From contig NW_003314357.1 in the NCBI RefSeq assembly GCF_000143415.4, positions 319,811 to 383,810 of the forward strand: 64,000 nt of DNA. Direction: 5' to 3'. This DNA is from Selaginella moellendorffii. Its lineage: Eukaryota > Plantae > Lycopodiophyta. The notes beneath the pieces were generated by a model. The model was not told where the DNA came from, ran no database searches, and worked only from the letters and a program-made list of their open reading frames with translations. This document shows positions 50,301-63,474 of this stretch, piece after piece. Both the position numbers and the translations under genes were made by a program. Within the stretch, counting starts at the first letter, position 1. Every line of letters starts with the position of its first letter.

Positions 50301-51521
50301 ACTTTTTCTGGAGTTGTTTCCTTGGCGGTATTCTAGACTTAAGTATGCATTGACGAGGACGTCGATCTTCCCTAAGGGGGGGAGAGTGTTGGGAATGTGA
50401 CTTCAAATATCGAAAATTACCTGTTGACCAGTCCTTACGGACACTCTTTCCTTACTGCCACGATGGCAGGAGGTCGGTATTGCTGAACCCGTTATCAGTC
50501 TCCGCCTGAGCTAGTTGAGAAACTGGTCATCACATGTGCACTTAGACCGGAAGGGCACTAAGAAAGGAAATCCTAAGTTGTCATTTGTCAAGCAGACTTG
50601 ACATGGTGATGAGAAACTCATAATGTTGACTTACACTTGCTAGTGTTAGGAACCCTCACGATATTGAGCTTGGTCCCTCAATATCGCTAAATGATAGCTT
50701 ACCGTGTCTGCCAAACACCTCGCTATCATGCCCTTTGTGTTGGTCTCATTTTGGTCCCAAATGCTATTTATGGAAAGTGTCTAGATTTGCTCATTTGGCA
50801 TATCTACGAAATGTAGAGATCGGCCTGAACACAATGGTGTTCATCTAGTGTCCAAATTCACAATCTAGGGACATTCCATATTTAGTAAGTTTCGAGCTTG
50901 TCCCAGTGACTAACTCTTGATACTAATGGAAGCTTGGGGTGAAAGCCCAAAGCGTGTGTTCCTCAAGGGCAGGGGGCAGGCTGTGGGGGGTTCCAAATGT
51001 ATAGTAGGGATAGTGGGTAGGTCGGGCATGGCCAACCAACCTGAGGCATAGTTTAGCTCCCGCTTGCATGCTTGTCCTTGTTCTGCGTCCGGCTTGGGTT
51101 TAAGCCCAAGTTCCATTCCATGCTAGCTGGTGGAGTACCCATGTCCTCACGTTAGGCCACCGGTATGCTGAAATAGCACTAAACTCTGTTTGGCTTCGTT
51201 TTGCGTGCTAGTCCTAGCATTGGGATGCTGGTTGCGCTAGGACTGTTCCAAGTCGCTTCGGGCTCCTGTTCCTTCGCTCCTTGGGTAGTATGCTTAGAAG
51301 TTGCTCCGTGGTTCGATTCCATCACTCCTTGGCTTCAAGCTTGGGGGTTTGGCACCATTCCTTTGTTCAGTGGCCCAAGGCCTTAAATCTAGGGTTCCAC
51401 ACCACTGTCCTATGGACACATGGCATGTGACACATGGCATATGGAGGGTTTAGGTTCCCCTTTGGGGTGTTTTCCTATAGTAACCCCCATGGGATAAAGG
51501 GTCAAAATCGCGTGCACTCCC
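44330..51521 (+). mobile_element. LTR retrotransposon family A, element E1 (no intact ORF, LARD-like)
   Basis: LTRs of about 1.14 kb at 44330-45466 and 50387-51521; PBS TGGTATCAGAG at 45469; PPT 50374-50386. Confidence 0.92.
47377..47544. other. Assembly gap (168 N)
   Basis: Run of n. Confidence 1.
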
Positions 51522-51691
51522 CTAGTTCTCGGGAGTCCAACCCCCACATTTGCCCTATACTTTTGGAACCCTTTAAAGTCCCCCCCCCCCCCCCCCACCC
51601 CATTCTAGGGGACGATTGTTTTGGGCTTTCACCCCTCGATCTAAATTCATATTCAGACTCAAACTCAAAACTCAAACTCAAACTCGGTCTC

Positions 51692-54600
51692 TGTAGCGCA
51701 CGTGGTTTTGACCCTTTATCCTATGGTGATTTACCATAGAATAACACCACAAAGCGGAACCTAAACCCTCTTTGTGCCACGTGACAGATGCCACATGTCA
51801 CATGCCATGTGTCCAAAGGACAGTGGTGTGGAACCTGAGGTTCAAGGCCTTGGGCCACTGAACGAAGGAACGGTGCCAAACTCCCAAGCTTGGAGCCAAG
51901 GAGTGACGGAACCGAACCACGGAGCAACTCCTGAGCATACTACCCAAGGAGCGAAGGAACAGGAGCCCGGAGCGACTTGGAACAGTCCTAGCGCAACCAG
52001 CATCCCAATGCTAGGACTAGCACGCAAAACGAAGCCAAACAGAGTTTAGTGCTATTTCAGCATACCAGTGGCCTAACGTGAGGACATGGGTTCTCCACCA
52101 GCTAGCATGGTGTGGAGATTGGGCTTAGACCCAAGCCGGACACAGAACAAGGACAAGCATGCAAGCGGGAGCTAGACTATGCCTCAGGTTGGTTGGCCAT
52201 GCCCGACCTACCCACTATCCCTACTATACATTTGGAACCCCCCACAGCCCGCCCCCCGCCCTTGAGGAACACACGCTTTGGGCTTTCACCCCAAACCTCT
52301 CTTAGTATCAAGACTTAGTCTCTGGGACAAGCTCGAAACTTACTAAATATGGAATAGCACTACATTGTGAATTTGGACATATGATAAACACCATTATGTT
52401 CAGGACAATCTCTACATTCCGTAGATATGCCAAATGAGCAAATCTAAATGCTTTCCATAAATAGTATTTGAGACTAAAATGAGACTAACACAAAGGGCAT
52501 GATAGCAAGGGTGTTTGGCAGACACGATAAGCTATCATCTAGCGAATATTAAAGGATTAATCTCAATATTGCAGGGGTTCCCAACACTAGCAAGTGCAAA
52601 TCAACGAATGAGTTTCTCTAACCAAGTCAAGTATGCTTGACTAAATAGACACTTAGGAATTCCTTATGCTCATCTGGTCAAGTGTACACATGAAGATCAG
52701 TTTCTCAACTAACTTAGGCGGAGACTGATAACGGGCCCAGCAATACCAACCTCCTACCATCGTGGTAGTAAGGAAAGAGTGTCCGTAAGGACTGGCCAAC
52801 AGGTAGCTTTTGATACCCGAAGTCACATTCGCAATACTCTCCCCCTTAGGGAAGATCGACGTCCTCGTCGATGCATACTCAAGTTGAGAATACCGCCAAG
52901 GAAACAACCCCAGAAAAAGTTTATGGTACTCACACTATGTGAGAAATGCACTGACTTAAATGAGTTAGGAGGCAACCTCTTTGTCTAACACAGATGCGCT
53001 ACCCACTCAGACACCTTCTAGCCGTCGCCGACAAGGAAATGACCAATGGTGTCAGCCACCCTTGCTATTCTAGGTGTCACCTAGCTTACAAAAGTGTGAT
53101 ACGCCCCTACTCGCAAAGACATAGAGAGAGAAGCTAGAGGCCCCAACCCTCCTGAGCAATGAAACCAAACCCGTCGGTAAGGTTTAGATAGACTACTGTA
53201 AACAAGCAATTAGAGTTATTTACATGGTTATGCCCTTTTAATAGAATAAGGAACATTGATAGAGAGGTGGGTGATGTGACCAGTCGACAGTAGCTACCCC
53301 ATGACTAAAGATTTCACCATGCACATGAAGTGCTAAAGCCAATTTGCTTATACTGGCCCAAACTCAAAGATCAATAAATGGACAATATCAAAGTCATAGA
53401 CAATGATATCTTAGAGTCTTAATTATCAGTGAATAAATATACCAAAAGTATTCCAAATAAGTTATCATCCGATAAACTAGGAGTATAGTATAGGAACCAC
53501 CAAGCTCATCATGTTTGGAAAACATAAGATTCACTATCCAACAAAATTCAATAGCAAGTATATCATCAAGGAAACTCAAAGATGAAACTTAACTATCAAA
53601 GATTGTGTTGTCCATGATTAAATTACTTTTTAAGGAAAAGCTCAAAGCTCAACCCCTACTAAACAATCTCGTCTAAAACATAACTAACTCAAACTTGCCA
53701 CTTAGTTCATTTGAACGTCAATACAGTTGCTAACTAGCAAATGCACGAATGCCAACAACACAAAACTAAAGCCAAATCATCAACACTATCTTTATTGAGA
53801 CTAATGAAACTTGACATCAATCTTTTGGAGAGACATCTTATGTCACTCAAATCTCAACATGAACAATGTCAACGACAAGGCATCACTTCAATGCCATCAA
53901 CACAAGAACAAAACTAGAAGAAAGTAATAGTGAATCACCACTCAAAACTCTTTAGCAACCAAACTAACCAAAGTTAAAGATACTTTAGTCAGTATCTGAG
54001 ACTAATTCTTCAACAACACTCAGCTATAAATGGTTTTCGGCAAAGTGATCAACAAATTGCCATTGAAAAAGTCTAAGAAAATTTGTGGAAAATTTTCCAT
54101 CTTAGAGAAAGAATAACTCTTAGTCTAAGAATGCAAACTTTCAAGACTCAACTAACTTTCTCTTACCAACAACTTCATATAGGTTCACCTCAACACAAAT
54201 TATCATGACCCATAATATGCTTAAACATTGAACATCTTTGCCCATTTTCCAATATTCAACACCAACATCCGGAAAATGCAAAATGAACATCCAAGGCTTG
54301 ACTACAAAGACTACATCTTTGGATATTCATATTTGCACTAACACTCTTCTTCAATCACTTTCAAGATTCAATGTGAAGCCTAAATACTAACAAGAAAAAT
54401 GACATGGAAAATCAAGGTCTAAGGAGAATTCCTCATCACTTGAAATAACAATACCACTTTCACTAACACAAGTGCTAGTGATGTTAATGCCTCAACTACA
54501 CACCTTCTCCATCCAACAATCTACTCCAAGTGCTAATGGATCAACTAATGAAATATAACAAATAAGTGCTACAACCTTTTCCAACACCTCAATGGACAAA

Positions 54601-56972
54601 CTCCCAGGAAATAATATACCAACTTGAGCTTAGCATAATAGACCACTATTGAGAATCCAGTTAAAGCTACTACAATGCTATTATATGTAAGTAGACTAGC
54701 TTCTCTATCAACCACTTTAGGATTAATCATCATTTGACCAAGCAACTTTGTAAACATATTACTCACTATCACATGGATATGATATAAAAATCACAATGAC
54801 TTGATCATCAATTGAGTAACACCACGAGCAATGCCAATGTCATTATTTCAAAGGTTTATGTGAATATCAAGTGCCAACTCGATTTGATAAAATGCAACAT
54901 AAATGCCACACTCCACTAATAGAGACTTACAACACCCAACACCACTAACTTTTGTTCATAATATGGACAAGATTATGCCACTCTCTTTCCAACAAAACTC
55001 AACACTAATCCAACACCAAGTTACTCAAGGAGCAATAGCAAGGTTTTCTAGAAAAGAATTGAGCATTGTAATCCAAGTCTTCCAATAGTAAGCTTAGACA
55101 AAATGGTATAGTGCTTCACCACTATCCATCCCATAACTCACCACTTGTAAGACCATCATTTCCAACATACATCAAGGTAGAGACTCTTGATTACATAATG
55201 TGAATATGAGCAATGAGTCACACCTTGTTGCAAATCATCCTTCCAAGAAGAGAAAATGATTTACGTGTTTGATCTTTCGTCCCTGATGATTCTCTTTTCA
55301 GTCTTAACTTTAACTAAACCTCAAGCTTGCTTTCGCACTGCCTTCAGTCCAATCCAAGAAAATTTTAGGAGAGAGCACGGCAATGATTACTTGAATCAAT
55401 AGACTAATCCCTATAATCTTGATTGATCCACTTGTAATCATGCCGCTACAGATTAGCCTATTTACCACTCATAGCAACCCAAGGAGGTTTGCTTTCACCC
55501 ATGGTACATGGAACAACTCATGGAACCATTGATAGACTAACATTAATCCTACCAACTCAAAGTTACACTTTGAGTTGCTAATGCACCTCTCTCACGAGCC
55601 CAAGCGCAAACTTGTGCAAAATTGTACACCTCAAATCCATCCTATGAGCCCAAGAGCAAGCCCACATTATAAGTTACAACAAGGTAACCAAATCCATACC
55701 CAAGGAACCATTGCAAAGCCTTTGCACCCAAACGTGTACCCACTTGGATCATCATTTTCATCTCTGTGTATGCAATGAGACTAGTTACTCAATCTCATTG
55801 GATAGTACTCGCTGAGACGTATTCTCTGATACCAAATGTAGCGTAGGTGGTTTTGACCCTTTATCCTATGATGATTTACCATAGGATAACACCACGAAGC
55901 GGAACCTAAACCCTCCATGTGCCACGTGTCATATACCACATGTCACATGCCACGTGTCCATAGGACAGTGGTGTGGAACCTGAGGTTTAGGGCCTTAGGC
56001 CACTGAACAAAAGAACAATGCCAAACCCCCAAGCTTGAAGCTAAGGAGTGATGGAACCGGACCACGGAGCAACTCTCGAGCATACTGCCCAAGGAGCGAA
56101 GGAACAAGAGCCCAAAGCAACGTGGAACAGTCCTAGAGCAATCAACATCCCAATGCTAGGACCAACATGCAAAACGGAGCTAAACAGAGTTTGGCGTTAT
56201 TTCAGCATACCGGTGGCCTAACGTGAGGACATGGGTACTCCACCAGCTAGCATAGTGTGGAGCTTGGGCTTAGACCCAAGCCGGACGCAAAACAATGACA
56301 GGCATACAAGCAGGAGCTAGACTATGCCTTAGGTTGGTTGGCCATACCCAACCTACCCACTATCCCTACTATACATTTGGAACCCCCCACAGCTCCCCCC
56401 CCCCCTCCCCTTTTAGGAACACATGCTTTGGGCTTTCACCCCAAGCCTCCCTTAGTATCAAGACTTGAGATTTACTAAATATGGAATGGCGTTAGATTGT
56501 GAATTTGGACACGGGATAAACACCATTGTGTTCAAAACAATCTCTATATTCCGTAGATATGCCAAATGAGCAAATCTAAATGCTTTCTATAAATAGCATT
56601 TGGGACTAAAATGAGACTAACACAAAGGGCATGATAGTAAAGGTGTTTGGCAGACACAATAAGCTATCATCTAGCGAATATTGAAGGATTAATCTCAATA
56701 TTGTGGGGGTTCCTAACACTAGCAAGTGCAAGTTAACGAATGAGTTTCTCTAACCAGGTCAAGTATGCTTGACTAAATAGACACTTAAGAATTCCTTCCT
56801 TATGTTCATCTGGTCAAGTGCACATGCAAAAACTAGTTTCTCAACTAGCTTAGGCAGAGACTGATAACGGGCCTAGCAATACCAACCTCCTGCCATCGTG
56901 GCAATAAGGAAAAAGTGTCCGTAAGGATTGGCCGATAGGTAACTTTCAATACCCGAAGTCACATTCGCAACA
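51692..56972 (-). mobile_element. LTR retrotransposon family A, element E2 (internally deleted)
   Basis: LTRs 55837-56972 and 51692-52836; PBS 55834-55824; PPT 52848-52837; internal region homologous to E1 with two large deletions. Confidence 0.92.
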
Positions 56973-58619
56973 ACTAGTTTGGCCAGGAAAGGTTAGTCTA
57001 ACTTAGGAAGGGTATGCCCATGTGGTGGGTGATGATATACCCACTGAGGAGTCCAAGGCTAGAGTGAACATGGATGGACAAGTGAGGTAAATTGGTAAAG
57101 TGTTCAAAAGCTGGCTCTAACTCTCTCAGGAGATTGAATGGTTGATGCTTTCAATCCAAGTGTGGGTGGCATTACTTACTTGGATACTTAGTATGGCTCA
57201 TTAAAACCTCATTTTAGCCACATGGCTAGGGCACTAGAGACCAAAGGTGATAAGGTTCTCATAGGTCCACTGTATTTCGACATGCCGTCCCAAAGTCTTG
57301 GATTGTGGAAAGACAAAGGAGCAATCCTCTTGTATGGTAACCAAGGGCATCCTCATATGGTGAGGAAATCTTAGAGGGCAATAGGACTTAGTGGTTGGGC
57401 CTTTGGACCCTAATTTAGTGGTGGTGTTGGTGTGCACTATTGTAGATGGAGTGGGACTTGATAAAGACCAAAGAAGGGATATTGAGGAAAGATATTCCCC
57501 ATATCTTTAGGCATCCTCAGGATGCTAAGGTGTGGTTATGGGATGACTACACATAGATAGATGGCTCAGTCTTTGAGAGACAAGTCTATGGCACAAGTGG
57601 TCTTGGATTACTAATGAGATAAAAGTGAATGGATATAACCTTAGTGTAATGGGCTGATATACCAATATTACCTTTGGGGGTTTGTCGTGGGATTGGACAT
57701 GTGGTGCACTTGGACCAAGTGCAAAAGGAAAGTGGTATAGAGGCTATTCACAAGGCTAGCAAGTCCCCAAGGTAGGAATTAGACTTATGGAAATTGTGAG
57801 CGGGAATCCTTTAAGTGGTCGAAGGTGTGGTTAAGTGACTAAAATAGAATGGAAAATTTAGTCACTTACACTATGATCTATAAAACAAAACTAAATTGTA
57901 TTAAAATATTAATAAATATAATTTACCTCTTTAAAATTAGAGGCAACTCACAAAATTCTCTAACCTGGCATTTGAAAAAATGATATTCTTCAATAGTAAA
58001 TATCAACCTACCAAAGTCACATGTTACCTCCACAATTGAACCATTATTTGTTGTGCAATCAATCATAACATCATCTGATGGACAATAGAGCTTAAGACTT
58101 GCATTGTTGATAGAGTTTAAAATAGGTACCTAGGATATGTATTATAGATTTGTTTGTCCACAAAGTTGGGTATGATGTCAATAAAACTATTATACTAGGA
58201 AAAACATTGCTATACACTCGCTATCATAAAACCCATCATGTGTGTTTTTGTAGAAGGCATAATAAGTTCACATCATGACCTAGAAAATAAGAGCTCCTAA
58301 TTGCAAAATTCCTTTTCTTTGACTTTCCAAAGGGTCTTTCAAATATTAATGGGAAAGTCAAGGACTAGAGCTTTCTCACACTCAACCACATATATAATAC
58401 ATTCCTCTTATCAAAAACACTTATGCTTGAAATTAGCCATATCATCTTTATCCTATTGAACAACCTTGATTGGATGTATGAACTTATGATATATGTAGTA
58501 TAAATTCATTTTAAGTCATTCTCTTTTAAGTGAATCATGGATTCTATTAGCTTTAATACTAAAGGTGTCTCATACAAGTTAAAGGTGAGTAGGTATTTTG
58601 TATATTTATCTAATTTCTA

Positions 58620-59040
58620 AACTTTTGACTAATTGTTTGGACTACCTAGTAGATCATATAACATAGTACTATTCAAACCCAAGGACCTTTAATTCTAAAC
58701 AACCCAAAACCATTAATTGGTTGGAAAAAGGTATTCATGTGCCTTTTTCCTTTATATTTAACCCCTTTAGATTATTTTTTAAGTCATTCTTTTTAATTGC
58801 TTATAATCCACCATGCTTTTTACAAGTTCATGCCTTCTTCTCCTAAAAGCCTTCTTTTTGATATCCTAACCCTTGGGTTAAGCCCAACCAAATAAAAACT
58901 AAACCATTAAATGTCAATCTCGATATATGGTATGATTTTTCTAGCCAAAAAATAGAGTTGGATTTGAGAATTTTTTGATACCAAGTTGTAAGTTTTTGAA
59001 TTTAAACTTCCCAAGAGGTCACCTAGCCCAATACTTATTG
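58620..59040 (-). mobile_element. Second, degenerate Cassandra-like element
   Basis: About 58636-58805 matches the 5S-LTR (AGTACTATTCAAACCCAAGGAC...TTGCTTATA); short internal region; PBS remnant GATACCA at 58977-58983; truncated LTR from 58987 (GAGGTCACCTAGCCCA). Confidence 0.7.
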
Positions 59041-62000
59041 AAGGGAAAAGCCCTTTAACGTGAGGAGAAATACACCAATCTACCATCACTCAAGTGTTGC
59101 TCAAAACTCTTGTATGAACTCTCTGCCTTAGAAAATAAGGGGAATATACCCTTGCACCCTAGCATCTCCTCACACCTATAGAATATTCCAATAGTGGAAT
59201 ATATTAGGGATTCTTGCTCAAGCTCTAAGCTATATCCTAATAGATGATTATGAGGGAATGCACTAGCTCTGCCATGTTTGAGAAACCTATGACCTTTGTG
59301 GCACTACTATAAGAAAAAAATCCAAAGAAAACACAAAGAAAAAAACAAGAGAAAGAAAAGAAGTTACAAAGTTTTAGGATGAAGGGAACACTTTGTGAGA
59401 AAAACTTCATCCAAGAACTAAGAACTCAACCCAAGAGAAAAAGAATTAGGATAAACAAAGAAGAAAATAAAGAGAAAACAAACAAAGAGATAAAGAGGCA
59501 AAGAAAGTAAGGTGTACCTAAAAGATAGGAAGGACTAACTTGAATTGCTGCCTCAAAGGCTCTTGAGCCTCCAAGAAGTACCCCAAGTTCTCCCATGTCA
59601 GTCTCAAAGTCCTATTAAAAAAAGAGTGGAAGTGAAAGTGATGTTTGCAATTGGTAACTGTGAAAGAGTGGTTTTGGTGATGATTGGTGAGTAATAATGG
59701 TGCCCAAATGGTGAGATGATAATGGTGGGGGTCTTCTAGTATGTGATGGTTGTTAAATGTGTTTGCATCTTGCATACTTGTTATGAAAGAGAAAAACATG
59801 TGCAGCTAGTAGGCAGCATCTACTCGAATCACTAGTTTGTTGCTATAGAAAGTACAGGATCCCCAACATTGTGGACATATGGTGTGGAAATGGGATGGAA
59901 CATAAGTAGGTAAGTGTAATGAGTGATGGAAAATGGTGTAATGAGTGACTAGATGAGTGAATGGTGACTATGAGTAAAGAGAATGATATGTAGAATGAAG
60001 TGATTGGGAGAAAAATTGGGACAAAGAACTAAAATTTGAAGAAACTTGAGCTTCTGGAAGATAAAGATTGATGTAGCCTTAGGAATAACTTAGGGAAGAC
60101 CTTGGTTCTCTAGAGGAAATACCTAGAAAGTAGAAAATGTGAAAGAAAGTTGAAGAAGGAAAGGGCAAGTGAAAAGAAAAAAAAGAGGAAGACAAAGAAA
60201 GATTTCACAACATAGAAAATTTGAAGAACTCTTTCTTGGTGATTGAGCTTGTGTGCCTAGAGATCCCAAAGAGTCTTGAAGGAGGCCAAAGATGCTGCAA
60301 AAGCTGGCTATGTCACCTTCTAATGTGTGATGTCATGTAGGCCCAAAATGAGTAAGATTGCTGAAATGAGGAAATCTGGAGCTCATATGTGTCTAGAGCC
60401 CTTAGAGCATGGAAGGATGTGGCTCAAAAGCAGTGAACTCAGTTGGAAGAGCTCACAAGAATCCAAAGTAGCCACAAATGATACCACAATCACTATGGGT
60501 GATGCCACAGTTAGTATCTTATGGTTGGAGAAATCTAGTATGATGTGTCAAGGCTAGAGAAGCTTTGAAAAAGAGTTAGGCTGATGATGGAGAAAAAGTG
60601 TTGCTTTCACCACCTTTAGTTGGTAGATAATCTGCAAGCTTTTGGCTTACATGCACCATATCCATCTACTGTGTCAAAGTGTTATGGACTATATCCTTTC
60701 TTGGTTAAGAGCCACTACTTTTTCTTGAAAAATCATATATATATATATATATCACCCTTGTTAATAGAGCTGTATGAAATCTCCAAGCTAGAAAGAATTA
60801 GATCTAACACCTCTAGCTGTATGAGGAGGTATTTTTGAGCTTCCTTTTGTGTCCCTATAGTAGGATCTGTCTCAAGAAAGTCACTTTCCAAAGGCACCAC
60901 AAAATTGTGTTCTCCTCCATGTCCTAAGAAGCTAAAGCTTGGCCTTTAGGCATTGAGGACTGTCATTTGGTTGGTTTCTTTGCAATTGGCTATTCTTGAA
61001 GTCAAAGAAGCAACACACCACATCTAGCTATGGCTGTCCTAAGATGACTGACTTCTCACATAAGGAGGTTCCCAAAGAATTTAGTCCACAACAAGGAAGT
61101 CGACTATGGACTTGTGAAGTGCAACTTCCCACAGGTGCTAGAGTGTGATTTGCAAAGGTCTTTAGCATGACCTTGGAATACTTTTAGATTTAGAGACTTG
61201 CTTATTGAGCAAGAGTGAAAGAGAGAATGTTTATGGCTGAGCTAAAGTCAGTAAGCACATTAATGCTCAAAATTGTCACTAGAACTATGAATGTGCTAGG
61301 ATCAAGAGCCATTTTGGCATTGACAAAAGGAATAAGAGCCATGTTTAGGGCTAAAAAGGGTGCTATTCCACTAAGAACTCACATTAAGACCTCAAGCTGC
61401 TAAAGCATGGTGGGAAAGAGCACCAAATGTTATCATGATTGGAGTTGCCATGACTTCATCAATAAGATTGCTTGGGTGATTTGATATCAAGGAAGACCCT
61501 CCTAATTGTGTGTTGGTGAAGTTTGGCACACATGCAAAAACTGGAACCTCATGTCACACTCCAGAAGCTAAATTGAGCAATTCTTGATACCATGATCAGC
61601 CATGATCAATTCACTTCCACAGGATTCCATTCCATCCATCTCCACATCCGCAGCTACCACCATTGGGCAACATTTCCCACCTTTTACCTCTTTTTCTTCT
61701 CTAGTTTTGGTCATTCCCTTGGGGCAAGGCTGGGATCAACAAGAGGCTGCATGTGCATATTATCCTTTCTTGAGTTGGGATCTAGGTATGTGTCCCATTC
61801 TCTTGTTACTCACAACTTTGGGTGTTTAGTTTGCGCTTAGAGTTTTTCCCACAGGGTTTTCCCTCTACACCTTCGTCTCTTTCTTTTCTATCACCTCATC
61901 ATTTTCTTTTCAGTTTCTCTTTTCTTTTTCTCTTTGATTCTGCAGTTCCTGTCTCTAGGCATTTGGTGCAGATCTTCATTACGACATCTTCATCATCCAG

Positions 62001-62229
62001 GTCATGGGTTCTTGCAATGATGGAGCCTATCATGATCCCTTGTGGTTGCCTATTGTGGCCACAGCCAAGAGCTAGCATCTTAGCTTTCAAGGGCGAGAAA
62101 ATATGCAATAGAGGCTTTGAGAGCTTGAGAGTTTGGAGACTTGAGGCTGCCCTAACAAGGCGTTGATTGCAGTTGCTCAGGAGATATCTCCCATTCTAGC
62201 TAGCGTTTAGGACGTGGCAACCTATATTC

Positions 62230-63390
62230 AGACTAGCATGGTCCCTCCAACATTATCTTTAGAGCAGCAGCACGCTTTAGGCATCAAGGCCCACGACTAC
62301 ACTTTGCACAATGGAGTTCTTTATCAGTGCATGCCACTAGGGATCCTCTTGCCATGTGTGGGGCAGATGAGGTTCCTAGCCTTCTTCAGGCTTTTCACAG
62401 CTATGGCAGCCACTTTTCTAGAGTCACAATAGCTCATTCTCTTTTTTTACTGGCCAACTTTTTTCAAGAACACTGCTGCCTATGCATGATCATGCTTACA
62501 ATGCCAGCATTGCAACCCTAGGAATTTGGCTCCAAATTTGCCTTTCCAATTCAGGGCCTTGACTTTGTTGGTCTTATCGATCTACCTTCTTCGTCTGGCC
62601 ATCACTACTTGCTAGTGGCCACAGATTACTTCTCAAAATGGGTGGAGGCTATCCCATTGCACACAGCAGATCAGAATGCCACTGCCACAGTTTTGTATGA
62701 GCATGATGTTTGTTGATTTAACATTCCAGCCCACTTTTATTTCTGATTGTGGTGGCACATTTCTTAGCAAGGTCATTAAGACTCTCATGCAGCATTTGGA
62801 CATCACTCACACTTGTAGCAGCAGTTATTATCTACAGAGCAATGGCTAGGCAAAGTTTTCAAATAAGATCCTCAAGTCAATTCTCAGCAAGCTTGTGTCC
62901 TTGACGATGGCATGAACAAGTCTATAGCTTTGTGGGCATTTCCCACCATTTACAAGGCCAGCATTGACACAACTCCATTCTTTATAGTCTATGGGCAACA
63001 GGCTATCCTTCCAATGGAGATTTAATCCCATCTATCCACTTTGCATCACAATATGTGGTTGAGTTCCAGTTATTGAAGGCAAAGCAGCTCCAGACATGCA
63101 CTTAGGAGCTTTTGGAGTTGAATGAGCACTGTTTAACAGCTTTGGAGCACAACTATGCACAAAAGGTTCAACTCAAGTCTCAATGAGGATGTGAGGCTTT
63201 GTCAACACCATTCCAGCAAGGTGACTTGGTTCTTCTCCAGGATTTCACACCTTCATCCAAATTCATACCAACATAGCTAGGTTCCTACATCATTCAGTGC
63301 CACAAGGGGGTTGTTCTTACATCCTAGTGGATTCTGATGGCCACCAATTCTAGCATGTGCAACATTACAGCCATCTCAAGCCATGATCAT
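62230..63390 (+). mobile_element. Decayed Gypsy (Athila/Tat-like) integrase
   Basis: HHCC remnant, GLDFVG, YLLVATDYFSKWVEAIP, ISDCG, YYLQSNG*A, TTPFFIVYGQQAILPME; stops and frameshifts. Confidence 0.88.
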
Positions 63391-63474
63391 GCTTACTGCG
63401 CCTGGATCAAACACAAAGCGACTATAAGCCTCATAAAAGGAGAAAAAGTACTTTTTTTCACCTAAAGAGCATGG

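Larger units (their letters stand above)
43899..57870 (+). mobile_element. Solo LTR family C (about 1.5 kb) split by two family-A insertions
   Basis: TG at 43899, ...CACTTACA at 57870, exact TSD CTATG on both sides. Pieces: 43899-44329, inverted 51522-51691, 56973-57870. Confidence 0.8.

Noticed and set aside
59050-62200. Probable further retroelement debris with short ORFs
   Set aside because: Could not assign domains or boundaries by eye.
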